Shown piece by piece: positions 8,425 through 18,527 of a stretch of 31,037 nt of DNA. The notes under the pieces are model-generated. The model made no database searches. It saw only the letters and a list, made by a program, of their open reading frames with translations, and was not told where the DNA came from. The translations under genes were made by a program, and so were the position numbers. Origin of the DNA: Promethearchaeota archaeon (GTDB lineage Archaea > Asgardarchaeota > Lokiarchaeia > Sigyniarchaeales > SOKP01); assembly GCA_004524535.1 (NCBI GenBank), contig SDNY01000037.1:1-31037 (forward strand), given 5' to 3'. Position 1 is the stretch's first letter. Every line of letters begins with the position of its first letter.

Positions 8425-9885
8425 TCAGAGATTCTTCGTTACGCGTTTACCCTCAAAAATATTTAATACTGTGGGCATAAATATTCTATTAAGTTTTTTG
8501 TAAATTTTTGCATTTGCTTTAATGGGATTAAATTCTTTTTCGAATCTAACCATTTTTTCTATAGCATCATTTAAATTATTATATTTTTTACATCCGCAGA
8601 ATCCTAAAATGGCCGCACCTAAGGCTGCCCCATCTTTATTCTCTGGAACAACTATTTTTTTTGACATAACATCCGCGAGGATCTGGGCCCATAAATCACT
8701 ATTCATTGCACCACCGTCTGACTTTAACTCAGAGACTTTAGCACCCCCGACAGCCTCTAGCATCCCCATATACATTTGCGCACTAAGAGCTGCTGATTCC
8801 ATTATAGCACGAATCATATGCGCTCTGGTATGATTCCAACCCAGACCATGAATAGTTCCTTTTCTGAATATATATAATGGCACAAACAGTAATCCTTCAC
8901 TTCCAGGAGAAATTTGTTCTGCTTCTTTAGTTAACTCAGTATAAACATTGAGATTTGTTTCTTCACATATTTTAGTTTGTAATTGTGAAAAATTATCCTT
9001 GAACCATTTTAATGCAGTCCCTGTACCAGGCATTGAAGCTTCAAGAATCCATTTTCCTTTAATAACATGTGGTAGCGGGAATATGGGAACATCACCAGCT
9101 GGTTTTGCTGGTGTATCGCCTGTAACATAATCAACAAATGTTCCTGTTCCTGTTGTTACTTTTGCTTGTCCTTTATCAATAATCCCTAAACCTAAGGCAG
9201 CACATTGTTGATCTCCTCCACCTAGAATTACAGGGATATTACTCTTAAGCCCTAAATTTCCCGCAGCTTCGCTTGATAATTCACCAATGATTTCTCCAGG
9301 TGTATGAAGCTCTGGCCATAAATCTACAGGCAAACCATATGATTCAGCAAGCTTTTCATCCCAATCTAAAGTTTCCATATTCATAATCCCCCAAATACCA
9401 TTTGTAGGGTCAGTAACACATAAATCTTTCCCGCACAATTTCATATATATGTAAGTATCCGGAAAAAAAATTTTAAAAGTTTGATTATATAAGTCGGGTT
9501 TATTGGTTTTGAGCCATAAAAGCTTAGGAATAGTTCTTCTTAATTCTTCATGATACGTTGATGTATCAATTACTTCTCTCTCATCCATCCATGTTAGCGC
9601 CGGATGCAAAACTTCTCCATTTTTATCAATAAGACCTGCAGTTGCTCGTTGGAAAGAAGCACATATTCCAATAATCTCATCTGGATTTATCTTTTTTACT
9701 GCTATATTACAAGTATTTTTAACCGTATTCCACCATATTATTGGATTTTGTTCAGAAATACCCACTGGTTGCTTTTCAATCGGATACTCCTCATAAGCCC
9801 TTATAATTTCTTTACCATTGATATCGAAAATTATTGTTCGTGCTCCAGTTGTACCACAATCGAACACACATAAAAGTTCGCTCAT
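8425..9885 (-). CDS. FGGY-family carbohydrate kinase (xylulokinase/glycerol-kinase-like)
   Basis: Motifs DCGTTGAR, WMDER, GGGDQQCAALG, TTGTG and DGGAMNSDLWAQILADV. The ATG at 9885 (MSELLCVFD) is preferred over the TTG at 9933. Confidence 0.93.
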   Translation of the reverse strand: MSELLCVFDCGTTGARTIIFDINGKEIIRAYEEYPIEKQPVGISEQNPIIWWNTVKNTCNIAVKKINPDEIIGICASFQRATAGLIDKNGEVLHPALTWMDEREVIDTSTYHEELRRTIPKLLWLKTNKPDLYNQTFKIFFPDTYIYMKLCGKDLCVTDPTNGIWGIMNMETLDWDEKLAESYGLPVDLWPELHTPGEIIGELSSEAAGNLGLKSNIPVILGGGDQQCAALGLGIIDKGQAKVTTGTGTFVDYVTGDTPAKPAGDVPIFPLPHVIKGKWILEASMPGTGTALKWFKDNFSQLQTKICEETNLNVYTELTKEAEQISPGSEGLLFVPLYIFRKGTIHGLGWNHTRAHMIRAIMESAALSAQMYMGMLEAVGGAKVSELKSDGGAMNSDLWAQILADVMSKKIVVPENKDGAALGAAILGFCGCKKYNNLNDAIEKMVRFEKEFNPIKANAKIYKKLNRIFMPTVLNIFEGKRVTKNL

Positions 9886-9942
9886 ATTATTCCCTTCCGA
9901 AACATAATTTTTTGTTATTTTGTTATATTTCAATTTCTTAAA

Positions 9943-11211
9943 TTAAATAACTTTCATTAATAATTCAGAGACATCTATTATTTTAATCTTTTCTTTATCA
10001 TTTTCACTGATTCCATATGCTAAACCTAATTCACATTCTGGACATGCTGAAATGAACACACTTGCTCCAGTTTCTTTCAGTTCATTAATTCTATTTGTAG
10101 CTTCTTTGATTGCTATATTCTTTTCTGCCCAATGTACTGTACCACTCCAACCACAACAATGAGTATATTGTTTATTATATATCGGTTCAATTATTTCAAT
10201 ACCTGGCACCTTATTTAAAATTGCTCTAATAGACTCAGTATCATTCAGATTTCTGGCAAGTAAACAGGGATCATGAATAGCTACTTTTTTATATTCACTG
10301 GGAATTTCTCTTTCAAAATTTATTTTTCCGTTATCGATAAGGTCTTTAATATATTGGACTATATGAATAAATTTTACATCAATTTCGATTCCTGCTTTTT
10401 GGTACCGAGTGCTTAAGGTTTCTATACAACCAGGACAATCTGATACAACAACTTTCGCTCCAGTATTCTCTATTAATTCTTTATTTTTATTAGCAAGCTC
10501 TTTTGCTATTTTTAAATCCCTGATGTTAAACGCAGGTCCTCCACAGCATACCTTTTTTTCTAAATTTGTTGAGAATTTTACACCCGCTTTTTTTAAAATT
10601 TCAATGTTAGCTTTAACAACTTCAGGAAATTTCATTGATTCACAACCGATATAATAATAGACATCATCCTTACCATCAGTTTCAATGTTTTCTATTCCTT
10701 TTTCCTTATAAGTTTCATAAATATTATGATCTTCTATGGTGTTTGTCTTTTTTAATTTTTTTATTTGCTCCTTACAGTAATCCGGCATAACACCTTTATC
10801 ATTGAGATCATCACGAACAGTTTCAAGTAAAGAAACAACAGAGAACTCAAAGGGGCACCATACTTTACAAGACTCCTCATTTGAACATTTATACATTAAA
10901 TCAATGAATTCTTTGTTTGAGGGATCCAAGGGATCAATTTTACCAATTGTGAGATAATAGCCGATTCTTGCCTTATAAGCAGGACTCATAGTTTCAGAAT
11001 TCGCTGCTTGAAGAGTTCCGCAGTCAAATCGGCACATATTCGGACAAAGCATGCAATTTACCAAGTTCTTTACATCAGCTTTATAATCGCCTTCGGGAAA
11101 AAAATTCTTATCCCGCATTCGAAAGTTCTTCATAAATATTCTTTTAATGTCTCGATCCATTTTTTGGATGATAGGCCCCATCCATTTATACTTGTCTAAA
11201 ATATCACTCAT
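9943..11211 (-). CDS. Fe-S oxidoreductase with ferredoxin-like motifs and two CCG domains (GlpC/GlcF/HdrD-like)
   Basis: CMLCPNMCRFDC, CSNEESCKVWCP and CCG motifs VCCGGP..DCPGC and HDPC..HCCGW..ACPEC; GGAGGT site at 11221-11226. Confidence 0.9.
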   Translation of the reverse strand: MSDILDKYKWMGPIIQKMDRDIKRIFMKNFRMRDKNFFPEGDYKADVKNLVNCMLCPNMCRFDCGTLQAANSETMSPAYKARIGYYLTIGKIDPLDPSNKEFIDLMYKCSNEESCKVWCPFEFSVVSLLETVRDDLNDKGVMPDYCKEQIKKLKKTNTIEDHNIYETYKEKGIENIETDGKDDVYYYIGCESMKFPEVVKANIEILKKAGVKFSTNLEKKVCCGGPAFNIRDLKIAKELANKNKELIENTGAKVVVSDCPGCIETLSTRYQKAGIEIDVKFIHIVQYIKDLIDNGKINFEREIPSEYKKVAIHDPCLLARNLNDTESIRAILNKVPGIEIIEPIYNKQYTHCCGWSGTVHWAEKNIAIKEATNRINELKETGASVFISACPECELGLAYGISENDKEKIKIIDVSELLMKVI

Positions 11212-12693
11212 TTAGTTCCTACCTCCTTCTTTCCAGGCACTTTCATAAACTTTACCGGGATTTAAAATGTTATTAGGGTCAAGTAGCTTCTTTATGCTCT
11301 TTAAAGTATCAAAAGATTTTCCCCATTCTACAGGCATCCACTGAGCGCGATTTAAGCCAATCCCATGATGATGAGATATAGTTCCTCCCATATCCAACAC
11401 GGTTTTAACAACGCAATTCCAAACCTCTTGATAAAACTCAAAATCAGTTTTTTCTTTTGGAGGGATTCCAGCAAAAGTAAAATAAAATCCCACTCCATTA
11501 GGATAAAAATGAGAAACATGAGCTGTCATCATCATGACGCCTTGAATTTTTTTTGTAGCTTCTATGACAGAATGATACATATCTGCCGCTTTATCCCATA
11601 AAAATCCAATCTCAATAGTATCAGCAACAATTTTAAAGGTTGGTGTGGATGATGTTTCTGTTACTTTGAATCTAGTTTCAAACCAGTGCTCTACAGGAGC
11701 TTCTCCACAATAAATACCATTATTTTTTTCACATGTCTCTCTCGTAATCGTCTCTTCAAGATCGACCAGTCTTTCAATTCCTTCACAGACAAATACCACC
11801 ATAACTTTATCCTTAGCTTTTTCTATATGACCAAAGTGTCTATTTGTTTCATCAGCATCATAAATTCGAATAACAGCGGGATATATTTGTTGCCTCAAAA
11901 TTTGTCTAGTTGCTTCTAACGAATCTTCAAAAGTGGGGAATGCATATGAAATTAATGCTCTCTTTTCAGGATAAGGCCAAATTTTTAGTGTGGCTTTGGT
12001 TACGATTCCCAATGTCCCTTCATTCCCTATGAATAACTTATCAAGTTGAGGACCGGTTGATGCTCTAGCTATAGTCTTAAATTTTATGATATCTCCTTGT
12101 GGTAAAACTAATTCCATACCCATTACTATATCTTCTATTTTGCCATATTTAGAGGAAAATTGTCCTGCTGCTCTATGTGCTATCCATCCTCCTACAGATG
12201 AAGTATAAAGAGATTGAGGAATATGTCCTCCCGTATACCCCTTCGCATTTAAGTAACGTTCTAAATTCATCCCGTTTATACCCGCTTCACAAGTCACTGT
12301 TAAATCTTTATCATTAATTTCTAAAATTTTATTAAATTTCTTCATGTCGAGAATAATTCCGCCATAGATAGGTATTGCCCCTCCAACCACTCCAGAACCT
12401 TCTGAAAATGGAATCACAGGAATCTTTTCCTCATTCGCTAATCTCAGAATAGAGGAAATCTGTTCTGGAGTCTCAGGCCATACAATAAAATCCGGCAATG
12501 CGGCAATTTTCCCTTCGAGAGTCCAATTTAATGTAATAAGAGTAGTATCCTTATTATAGGCTAATATATCAATTTCCTTATCTGAAACATTTTCGTTCCC
12601 AACAATTTCGCCTAATTTTGATTTTATTTTTGCTTTATCTTTTATTTTAACTCGATTCTCCTTATAAATTAATTCAAAATTTTCTAAATTCAT
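11212..12693 (-). CDS. FAD-linked oxidoreductase, VAO/PCMH family, alkyl-DHAP synthase (AGPS/YgcU)-like
   Basis: Motifs GHIPQS..SSVGGWIAHRAAGQFSSKYGKIED, GNEGTLGIVT, SHHHGIG and LDPNNILNPGK. Start is ATG 12693 or TTG 12702. Confidence 0.88.
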   Translation of the reverse strand: MNLENFELIYKENRVKIKDKAKIKSKLGEIVGNENVSDKEIDILAYNKDTTLITLNWTLEGKIAALPDFIVWPETPEQISSILRLANEEKIPVIPFSEGSGVVGGAIPIYGGIILDMKKFNKILEINDKDLTVTCEAGINGMNLERYLNAKGYTGGHIPQSLYTSSVGGWIAHRAAGQFSSKYGKIEDIVMGMELVLPQGDIIKFKTIARASTGPQLDKLFIGNEGTLGIVTKATLKIWPYPEKRALISYAFPTFEDSLEATRQILRQQIYPAVIRIYDADETNRHFGHIEKAKDKVMVVFVCEGIERLVDLEETITRETCEKNNGIYCGEAPVEHWFETRFKVTETSSTPTFKIVADTIEIGFLWDKAADMYHSVIEATKKIQGVMMMTAHVSHFYPNGVGFYFTFAGIPPKEKTDFEFYQEVWNCVVKTVLDMGGTISHHHGIGLNRAQWMPVEWGKSFDTLKSIKKLLDPNNILNPGKVYESAWKEGGRN

Positions 12694-12801
12694 AAAAATC
12701 AAATTGATTATCTTGTTTATCTTATAATTATTTTGAAGATTAAATTAAAATTTTGATTTACAAGAAAAATAAGAAATTGATACTTTTAATTTAACCTATG
12801 A

Positions 12802-14289
12802 TCAATAAATAGTTTCTCCAGTAATTCTATTTACCTTTAGATGTCTAAATCTCGTTGTTGTTTGCGTAATTTCTTCACTTTTTAATATTGTATCAACAAC
12901 GATCTGTGGAAATAAATATTTAGTGAGATGTATTATCATTTGCTTTGTTTCTATACAATTAAATAATTTTAAGGATTCTATTGAGTAAAATAATTCGCTT
13001 ACGAGGTCGTAATTCGTATCAACTGAGAAATCAAGAATTTCTAAGTTCCGATAAATTCTTGATACTATGCTACCTAAAAGGTCGTTATCCTTTAATTTAT
13101 CAAGAGAATTTTTCATATAATTACAAAATAGAACATAGTATGTTGATTCTGAAGTTACAAATCCATCTCGATACTGTATTATTCCTTCAGGCGTAATCCG
13201 TCTCTCGATCTCTTCTGTAATTGATTGTATTTCTCGTTCTAATTTATTAAATCCAACAAGGTTAAGAATTTTTAATATTACTACTAATTGCGATGTTTCT
13301 AAATTTTTCAAAAAATGGCTTTCGAAAAATCTTGGCTCCGTTTTAAGAAGCATTTTAATCTTTGAGTCAGATAATCTATAATTACTCATCTGTGTCGCTT
13401 TAAGGAAATAATATATTCTATCAGTTGCTTCAAAAAGAGATGCTTCAAATTCATCAATATTTTCTTCATATAGGTTTAATAAGAAATTAATAACCTGCTC
13501 CTTATTAATATCAGTATCCATATCAAGCAAACGGTTAGCCAAATAAATTCCGCAAAAATATAAATCGGGATTTTTTAAGGTTACTAAGGGGATCGACACT
13601 AACCATTCTTCAATGTTGTTTTTAAGAAAATTTTTAATATGTGAAAAGTCGAATATTTTCTGTAAGTGAAAAAAATCAATAATTCTATATATTAAATATA
13701 TTAATTGGAGCTTGTCCTGAGGATTATCCAAATCTTCAAGTTTTTCTATTTTTTCTTTGTTTTCACTAAATTTTTGAATTATTCTTTCACGAATTTGAAC
13801 ATATTTCTTTAAATTTTCCAATTTATCCGGATCCTTATCAAATAAATTTTTTAAATTTCTTAATTCCATTAAAAATTCAATTGGAATGAATTTTCTAGAT
13901 CTCAACTCTAACATAATAGGGATACAGGGTTTATCAACCAGATAGTCTACAACTTTTTCCAAAAATATCTCATAGACAATAGGAGCTAATTTTTTATCAA
14001 AACGTTCTATTGGTGTGTTCAATGCGTTAATTTCTTTCTTTCTTATTTTTATAAACTCATCTGAAAATTTATATTCAAACTCTTCCCGTTCAAATCCTAA
14101 ATTAATGAGTTCTTTTGTAAGGAAGGAAGTAATTAACTCATATTCTTCTGCTAAATCGCGTTTTTCTAAGGAGATCCCATCAATAAAAATAATAATTCGC
14201 TCTCTAAAATATTTATTTATGGCATCGTAAAAAAGATCGATCTCATTTGAGTAAAGGTCCAAAATATTGAAAAGGCCTTGAAAAATCAT
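12802..14289 (-). CDS. Hypothetical all-helical protein, possibly with degenerate prenyltransferase/squalene-cyclase-like repeats
   Basis: 495-aa ORF with recurring motifs such as ESTYYVL, DRIYYFL and ELFYSIESL. Confidence 0.75.
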   Translation of the reverse strand: MIFQGLFNILDLYSNEIDLFYDAINKYFRERIIIFIDGISLEKRDLAEEYELITSFLTKELINLGFEREEFEYKFSDEFIKIRKKEINALNTPIERFDKKLAPIVYEIFLEKVVDYLVDKPCIPIMLELRSRKFIPIEFLMELRNLKNLFDKDPDKLENLKKYVQIRERIIQKFSENKEKIEKLEDLDNPQDKLQLIYLIYRIIDFFHLQKIFDFSHIKNFLKNNIEEWLVSIPLVTLKNPDLYFCGIYLANRLLDMDTDINKEQVINFLLNLYEENIDEFEASLFEATDRIYYFLKATQMSNYRLSDSKIKMLLKTEPRFFESHFLKNLETSQLVVILKILNLVGFNKLEREIQSITEEIERRITPEGIIQYRDGFVTSESTYYVLFCNYMKNSLDKLKDNDLLGSIVSRIYRNLEILDFSVDTNYDLVSELFYSIESLKLFNCIETKQMIIHLTKYLFPQIVVDTILKSEEITQTTTRFRHLKVNRITGETIY

Positions 14290-14662
14290 AAGAAACCCTA
14301 CTAAAATAAATAAATATTATCCATATTCTTCTATTATTGATGATAAATAATTTAAAAATTTTATAATTTACTCTTTTTATCTATTAACTACTTATAATAA
14401 GTTAGGACTAAATGAAGTCTTATTAATAGAATTATTTGGTCAAATTTTGTTTTAACAATTTTCAATTAATAAATAAAGTAATTAATGTCATAAGAATTTC
14501 AATAAATTATATTAAATATATTGATTATATAGGGTTAAATTAGAATCTGCTTACTGAAAATTTGTCCTTGAATAAATATAAAAATAAAATTATCTTCTAT
14601 ATTATAAGTTAAAAAACATATTGAGTTAAATAAATAATTTATTAACTAAAGGTGGCTAATTC

Positions 14663-16090
14663 ATGGCAAGCAATATATTTGGAACTAGTGGCATTCGGAG
14701 AGTTTTTATGAACTATAGCGAATCTGATGTTATGCTAACTCCTCAAATGGCGTTAGAAGTTGGACTTGCTTTAGGAACTTATTTGGATGGTAATGCTAAT
14801 GTTGTAATTGGAAAAGACATTCGTACTTCAGCTTTACCTATAGAATATGCATTTATTTCTGGACTTGTGAGCACCGGATGTAATGTTAAAACTTTAGGAA
14901 TTGTAACTACACCAACTTTAGCAATGTCGCAACGCTATTTAAGAGCTGACGCAGGCGTTATGATTACAGCTTCTCATAATACTCCTGAATACATTGGATT
15001 AAAATTCTGGAATCCTTCTGGTATGGGATATGTCCCTGAACAAGAAGAAGAAATTGAAAGAATATACAACGATAAAGCATTTTTAAATATTGAATGGGAT
15101 GAGGTTGGAAAAGTCACTAATGTTGACGATATAAATGATATACACATATTAGATGTTACTAATCGGATCATGTTTGAAGGATCTAATTTGCATGTTATCG
15201 TGGATCCTGGAAATGGCTCGGGCTGTGAAATCGTTCCAAAATTATTAAGCGCTTATAATATAAAAATCATGACGATTAATGCACAAATGGATGGTAAGTT
15301 CCCGGGTCGTAATTCGGAACCGAGTAAAGAGAATTTGATACAACTTTCTAAATTTCTAAAAACATCCGATCAAGATGATGTTGGAATTGCTCTTGATGGC
15401 GATGCAGATAGAGTCATTTTTTTAGATGAGAATGGAGGAATTGTGGATCCAATTCGGCTCTTAACATTAATGGCTGTTGACTACTTAAAAAGATATAGAG
15501 ATAAAATACCTAAAGAAAATATGAAAGTTGCTACCCCAATAAATTCATCGAGTTTGATGGAGGACGTATTGAACCCTCTCGGGTGTGAGGTTATTAGAAC
15601 TGAAGTCGGTGATATTAAAGTTGCTGAAGCAATAAAAGAACATGGTGGATTTTTAGGTGGAGAGACCTCCGGGACATATATATGGCCAAGAACCCATCTT
15701 GGACCTGATTCAATAGCTACAATCGCTAAAGTTTTACGCATGATCGTGGAATCGGGAAAAACATTACGAGAATTATTAAATGATATTCCGGATTATCCAT
15801 ACTATCGTAAAGCTTTCAAGTTAAAGAAAGATATACCCTTTACTGACGATATTAATGAAAAAATCATAAAAGAAGTGAAAGAAGTACTAGAAGGAAAAGG
15901 AAAAAAATTAAAAAATACCAATAAATTGGACGGCGTAAGATTTGATTTTGATGATGGTTGGATCTTAGTCAGACGGTCTGGGACAAGCCCATATTTAAGA
16001 ATTTCAGGCGAATCGAGCGTAAATTTAGAATCTTCTAAAGAAATGAACAAACTTGTTCAAGAGAAAATGGAAAAATTAGACTTTATATAG
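14663..16090 (+). CDS. glmM: Phosphohexomutase (phosphoglucosamine mutase / PMM-PGM)
   Basis: FGTSGIR, catalytic TASHN, metal loop DGDADR, GGETSG and RRSGTSP; AAGGTGG upstream. The amino-sugar context supports GlmM, but PMM/PGM cannot be excluded. Confidence 0.85.
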   Translation: MASNIFGTSGIRRVFMNYSESDVMLTPQMALEVGLALGTYLDGNANVVIGKDIRTSALPIEYAFISGLVSTGCNVKTLGIVTTPTLAMSQRYLRADAGVMITASHNTPEYIGLKFWNPSGMGYVPEQEEEIERIYNDKAFLNIEWDEVGKVTNVDDINDIHILDVTNRIMFEGSNLHVIVDPGNGSGCEIVPKLLSAYNIKIMTINAQMDGKFPGRNSEPSKENLIQLSKFLKTSDQDDVGIALDGDADRVIFLDENGGIVDPIRLLTLMAVDYLKRYRDKIPKENMKVATPINSSSLMEDVLNPLGCEVIRTEVGDIKVAEAIKEHGGFLGGETSGTYIWPRTHLGPDSIATIAKVLRMIVESGKTLRELLNDIPDYPYYRKAFKLKKDIPFTDDINEKIIKEVKEVLEGKGKKLKNTNKLDGVRFDFDDGWILVRRSGTSPYLRISGESSVNLESSKEMNKLVQEKMEKLDFI

Positions 16091-16153
16091 AACCCTTATT
16101 TTATCTTTATTTATTATTTTTGTTTTATAATTTCAAGTAAAAATAAAAAAGAA

Positions 16154-17113
16154 TTATTCTAGAACTTCTATTTCTATTCCCTTTTGTTTTAGCACATCTT
16201 TATTATTAAGGAGTTCTTTACCAGCAAGTTTGTCAATTACATAAATTAGATTTCCGCCTTTTTCAGAATATATCTGTCCATACGAAATAGGAACATCGGG
16301 AGTTGGGTCATTTAATAGCGATTCAGCGACAGGACTAGTTTTGCGTGCTCCATTCGCCAATAAAACAATGGTCTTTGCTTTATAAACTAATTCTGCGCCC
16401 ATACTAATAGCATACCATGGAGAATCTTCTTTTTTTGCGAAATGCCCATCAACCACAGCATTTTCAACTGTATTATCATCAAGTTTAACTAATAAAACAT
16501 TACTCCCTTCAAAAGGAATACCCGATTCATGAAAAGCTACATGACCTCTTCCCCCTACTCCAATAATATGTAAATCAATTCCTCCTGCTTTTTCAATTTT
16601 CTGAATGTAAGCTTTGATTACTGTGTCGCGTATCCAAGCTAAGTACTTTGATTTTGCGTCATCTCTAATAACAATTGATTTGCCTTTATCAGTGCCTAGT
16701 TCATTCCAATCATCCGGATTTTCTTCGAGTTCTTTTATAAGTTTTTTTTGATCGATTAAACATCCCCAAGGGACAGAAGTATCAATGAATTTTTTATTTA
16801 AAAGACCAAAAAATTCTTGAATCATAAAGAAACTATAGCTTTCTGGATGTAATGCTCTTTGTTGGGCATTTTCCCCTGGTAAGCCTACATATTCATCGAG
16901 ATTGAAACTGTGTATGCGACTGCTGTCAAACTCTCCAGAATTAGCCATTCTTGCTAAACTTTTATACATTCCAGTAGGTGAATTTCCCGTTGCCAGACCA
17001 AAAACGAATTCTTTTTTATCTTTTAATGTTTGGACAATAATATCTTTAACTATGCCAGTAGCTATTTCGCTCATATGGTCAAAATCATTGGTTATAATTA
17101 CCTTAATTGTCAT
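16154..17113 (-). CDS. nagB: Glucosamine-6-phosphate deaminase/isomerase
   Basis: Motifs GLATGNSP, NLDEYVGL, GGIDLHIIGVGGRGHVAFHE and AISMG. The ATG at 17113 is preferred over the TTG at 17149. Confidence 0.88.
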   Translation of the reverse strand: MTIKVIITNDFDHMSEIATGIVKDIIVQTLKDKKEFVFGLATGNSPTGMYKSLARMANSGEFDSSRIHSFNLDEYVGLPGENAQQRALHPESYSFFMIQEFFGLLNKKFIDTSVPWGCLIDQKKLIKELEENPDDWNELGTDKGKSIVIRDDAKSKYLAWIRDTVIKAYIQKIEKAGGIDLHIIGVGGRGHVAFHESGIPFEGSNVLLVKLDDNTVENAVVDGHFAKKEDSPWYAISMGAELVYKAKTIVLLANGARKTSPVAESLLNDPTPDVPISYGQIYSEKGGNLIYVIDKLAGKELLNNKDVLKQKGIEIEVLE

Positions 17114-17245
17114 GATAAATTCAAAAAAATATGTTGGTAGGTTTATCAATGAGATGGTTAATACTATAAAACTATTATATATTAGCTATATTTCTAATGA
17201 TAAAAAAAATGATCGAATAAAAAGGATTCCCCTTCTTTTAAATTT

Positions 17246-18496
17246 TTAAATAAAAGATGGAAGAAAATTCAATATTGTGTTTCGAGTTTTTTCAACTATA
17301 CTTAGGAGCCAATCAGTTCCAATTTTTGAAGCTTTTTCATTTAAACTTTGAATTGCATTTATGTAATCCTTGCTTGTGTCTATATTCTCTAAGAATTGAG
17401 CTTTCTTTGTCTCGTCACCTAAATATGATACACATTCATTAAAACCTTTTTCTATTTTCTCTATATTCTCAAAAAGTTCTATTTTTTGTTTAATCAGATC
17501 TTCTGACATTCTATTGCCCATAACCGTCTTATATAATTCTATAGATTTTTCCATCTTATTAGATAAGGCTTTAAATCTTTTGATTCTCTCATTTAAAACG
17601 ACATCCAGCTTTTCAATAGCACCTTCATAAAGTAATTTTTCCATTTCACTTCTTTGAAAGAAATTTGAACGGACATTTAAGTACCATTGTCTAAGAGCGA
17701 TTATATTAGCGATATATTCGACGCAATTTATAACTCTTCTCTTGAGGCTCCAATATAGTCCAGGATAAAAATCCATATCCTCTTTTTGAGGGGCTTTTCC
17801 CATTAAAAGCTTATGACCTTGAGGACAGTCTCCACGGTAAATAACTCCTGCTGCAATTACCGTGCTATATCCTATCCGACTTGGTCCTACTATTCCGCCC
17901 TGACCTCCTAAAAAGATTGGGGGTTGATTAAGCATAACACCATACGCCACATCTCCAATTAAAGAAGCTGTTGCTTTATCTTGATTAGAAGTATAATTAA
18001 AATGAATATATGAACTGCCAACCTCACTATGATTTGTTCTGCTCGTCCCGCCTGCCATTAAAATATCACAAAAATTAATAAGGCTTCCTAATGTCACAAA
18101 AGGAAAAAGTATTGTTTGTTTAAGACCTACTGTATGAGCACTATTTGCTTCCTCTTCTAAGAGACATCCTTCCCGGACTTCAGCACCATCACCCATATTC
18201 GCAGAATCAAGAAATGTGGATTCTTCAAAATACCCCCCTTTTAGATCAACATTTTTCCCTAATTGACAATTTTTAATAGTAACTGGAGATCTAGTACCGA
18301 GTTTAACTCCTGACATAATAAGCGTTTTTTTACCAAAAATTTTACAACCCGAGTGTATTGTAACATTTTCAGATGATATTAGATTAATGTCGACTCTCTC
18401 GCCTATCTCAACGGATGCAGGATTCGGTATCTTGACTCCTTTTTCAATTAAAGCAGCTACTAATGAGTTTTTATTTTCCATATTAATATTTCTCAT
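17246..18496 (-). CDS. GlmU-related left-handed beta-helix (hexapeptide) protein lacking a nucleotidyltransferase domain
   Basis: Begins LIEKGVKIPNPASVEIG, like the junction into the GlmU acetyltransferase domain; hexapeptide repeats; helical C-terminal extension; no GxGxR motif. Confidence 0.75.
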   Translation of the reverse strand: MRNINMENKNSLVAALIEKGVKIPNPASVEIGERVDINLISSENVTIHSGCKIFGKKTLIMSGVKLGTRSPVTIKNCQLGKNVDLKGGYFEESTFLDSANMGDGAEVREGCLLEEEANSAHTVGLKQTILFPFVTLGSLINFCDILMAGGTSRTNHSEVGSSYIHFNYTSNQDKATASLIGDVAYGVMLNQPPIFLGGQGGIVGPSRIGYSTVIAAGVIYRGDCPQGHKLLMGKAPQKEDMDFYPGLYWSLKRRVINCVEYIANIIALRQWYLNVRSNFFQRSEMEKLLYEGAIEKLDVVLNERIKRFKALSNKMEKSIELYKTVMGNRMSEDLIKQKIELFENIEKIEKGFNECVSYLGDETKKAQFLENIDTSKDYINAIQSLNEKASKIGTDWLLSIVEKTRNTILNFLPSFI

Positions 18497-18527
18497 TTAA
18501 TTAAATTAATTTTTCTTAGAAATGGAA

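Noticed and set aside
8361-8427. SECIS / selenocysteine readthrough of the FGGY kinase TGA stop (also considered for the 190-247 hairpin)
   Set aside because: The TGA is immediately followed by TAA at the natural end of the kinase. Neither hairpin shows an AUGA/GA kink-turn core, and no in-frame TGA at a Cys position was seen in nearby genes.
8333-8503. Plus-strand open frame reading KKKDVILGDIEGDSTPVELKPDDSPTIEHF...
   Set aside because: It has no ATG/GTG/TTG start in its upstream part and runs antisense into the kinase. RNA structure explains the composition better, though a coding remnant is not excluded.
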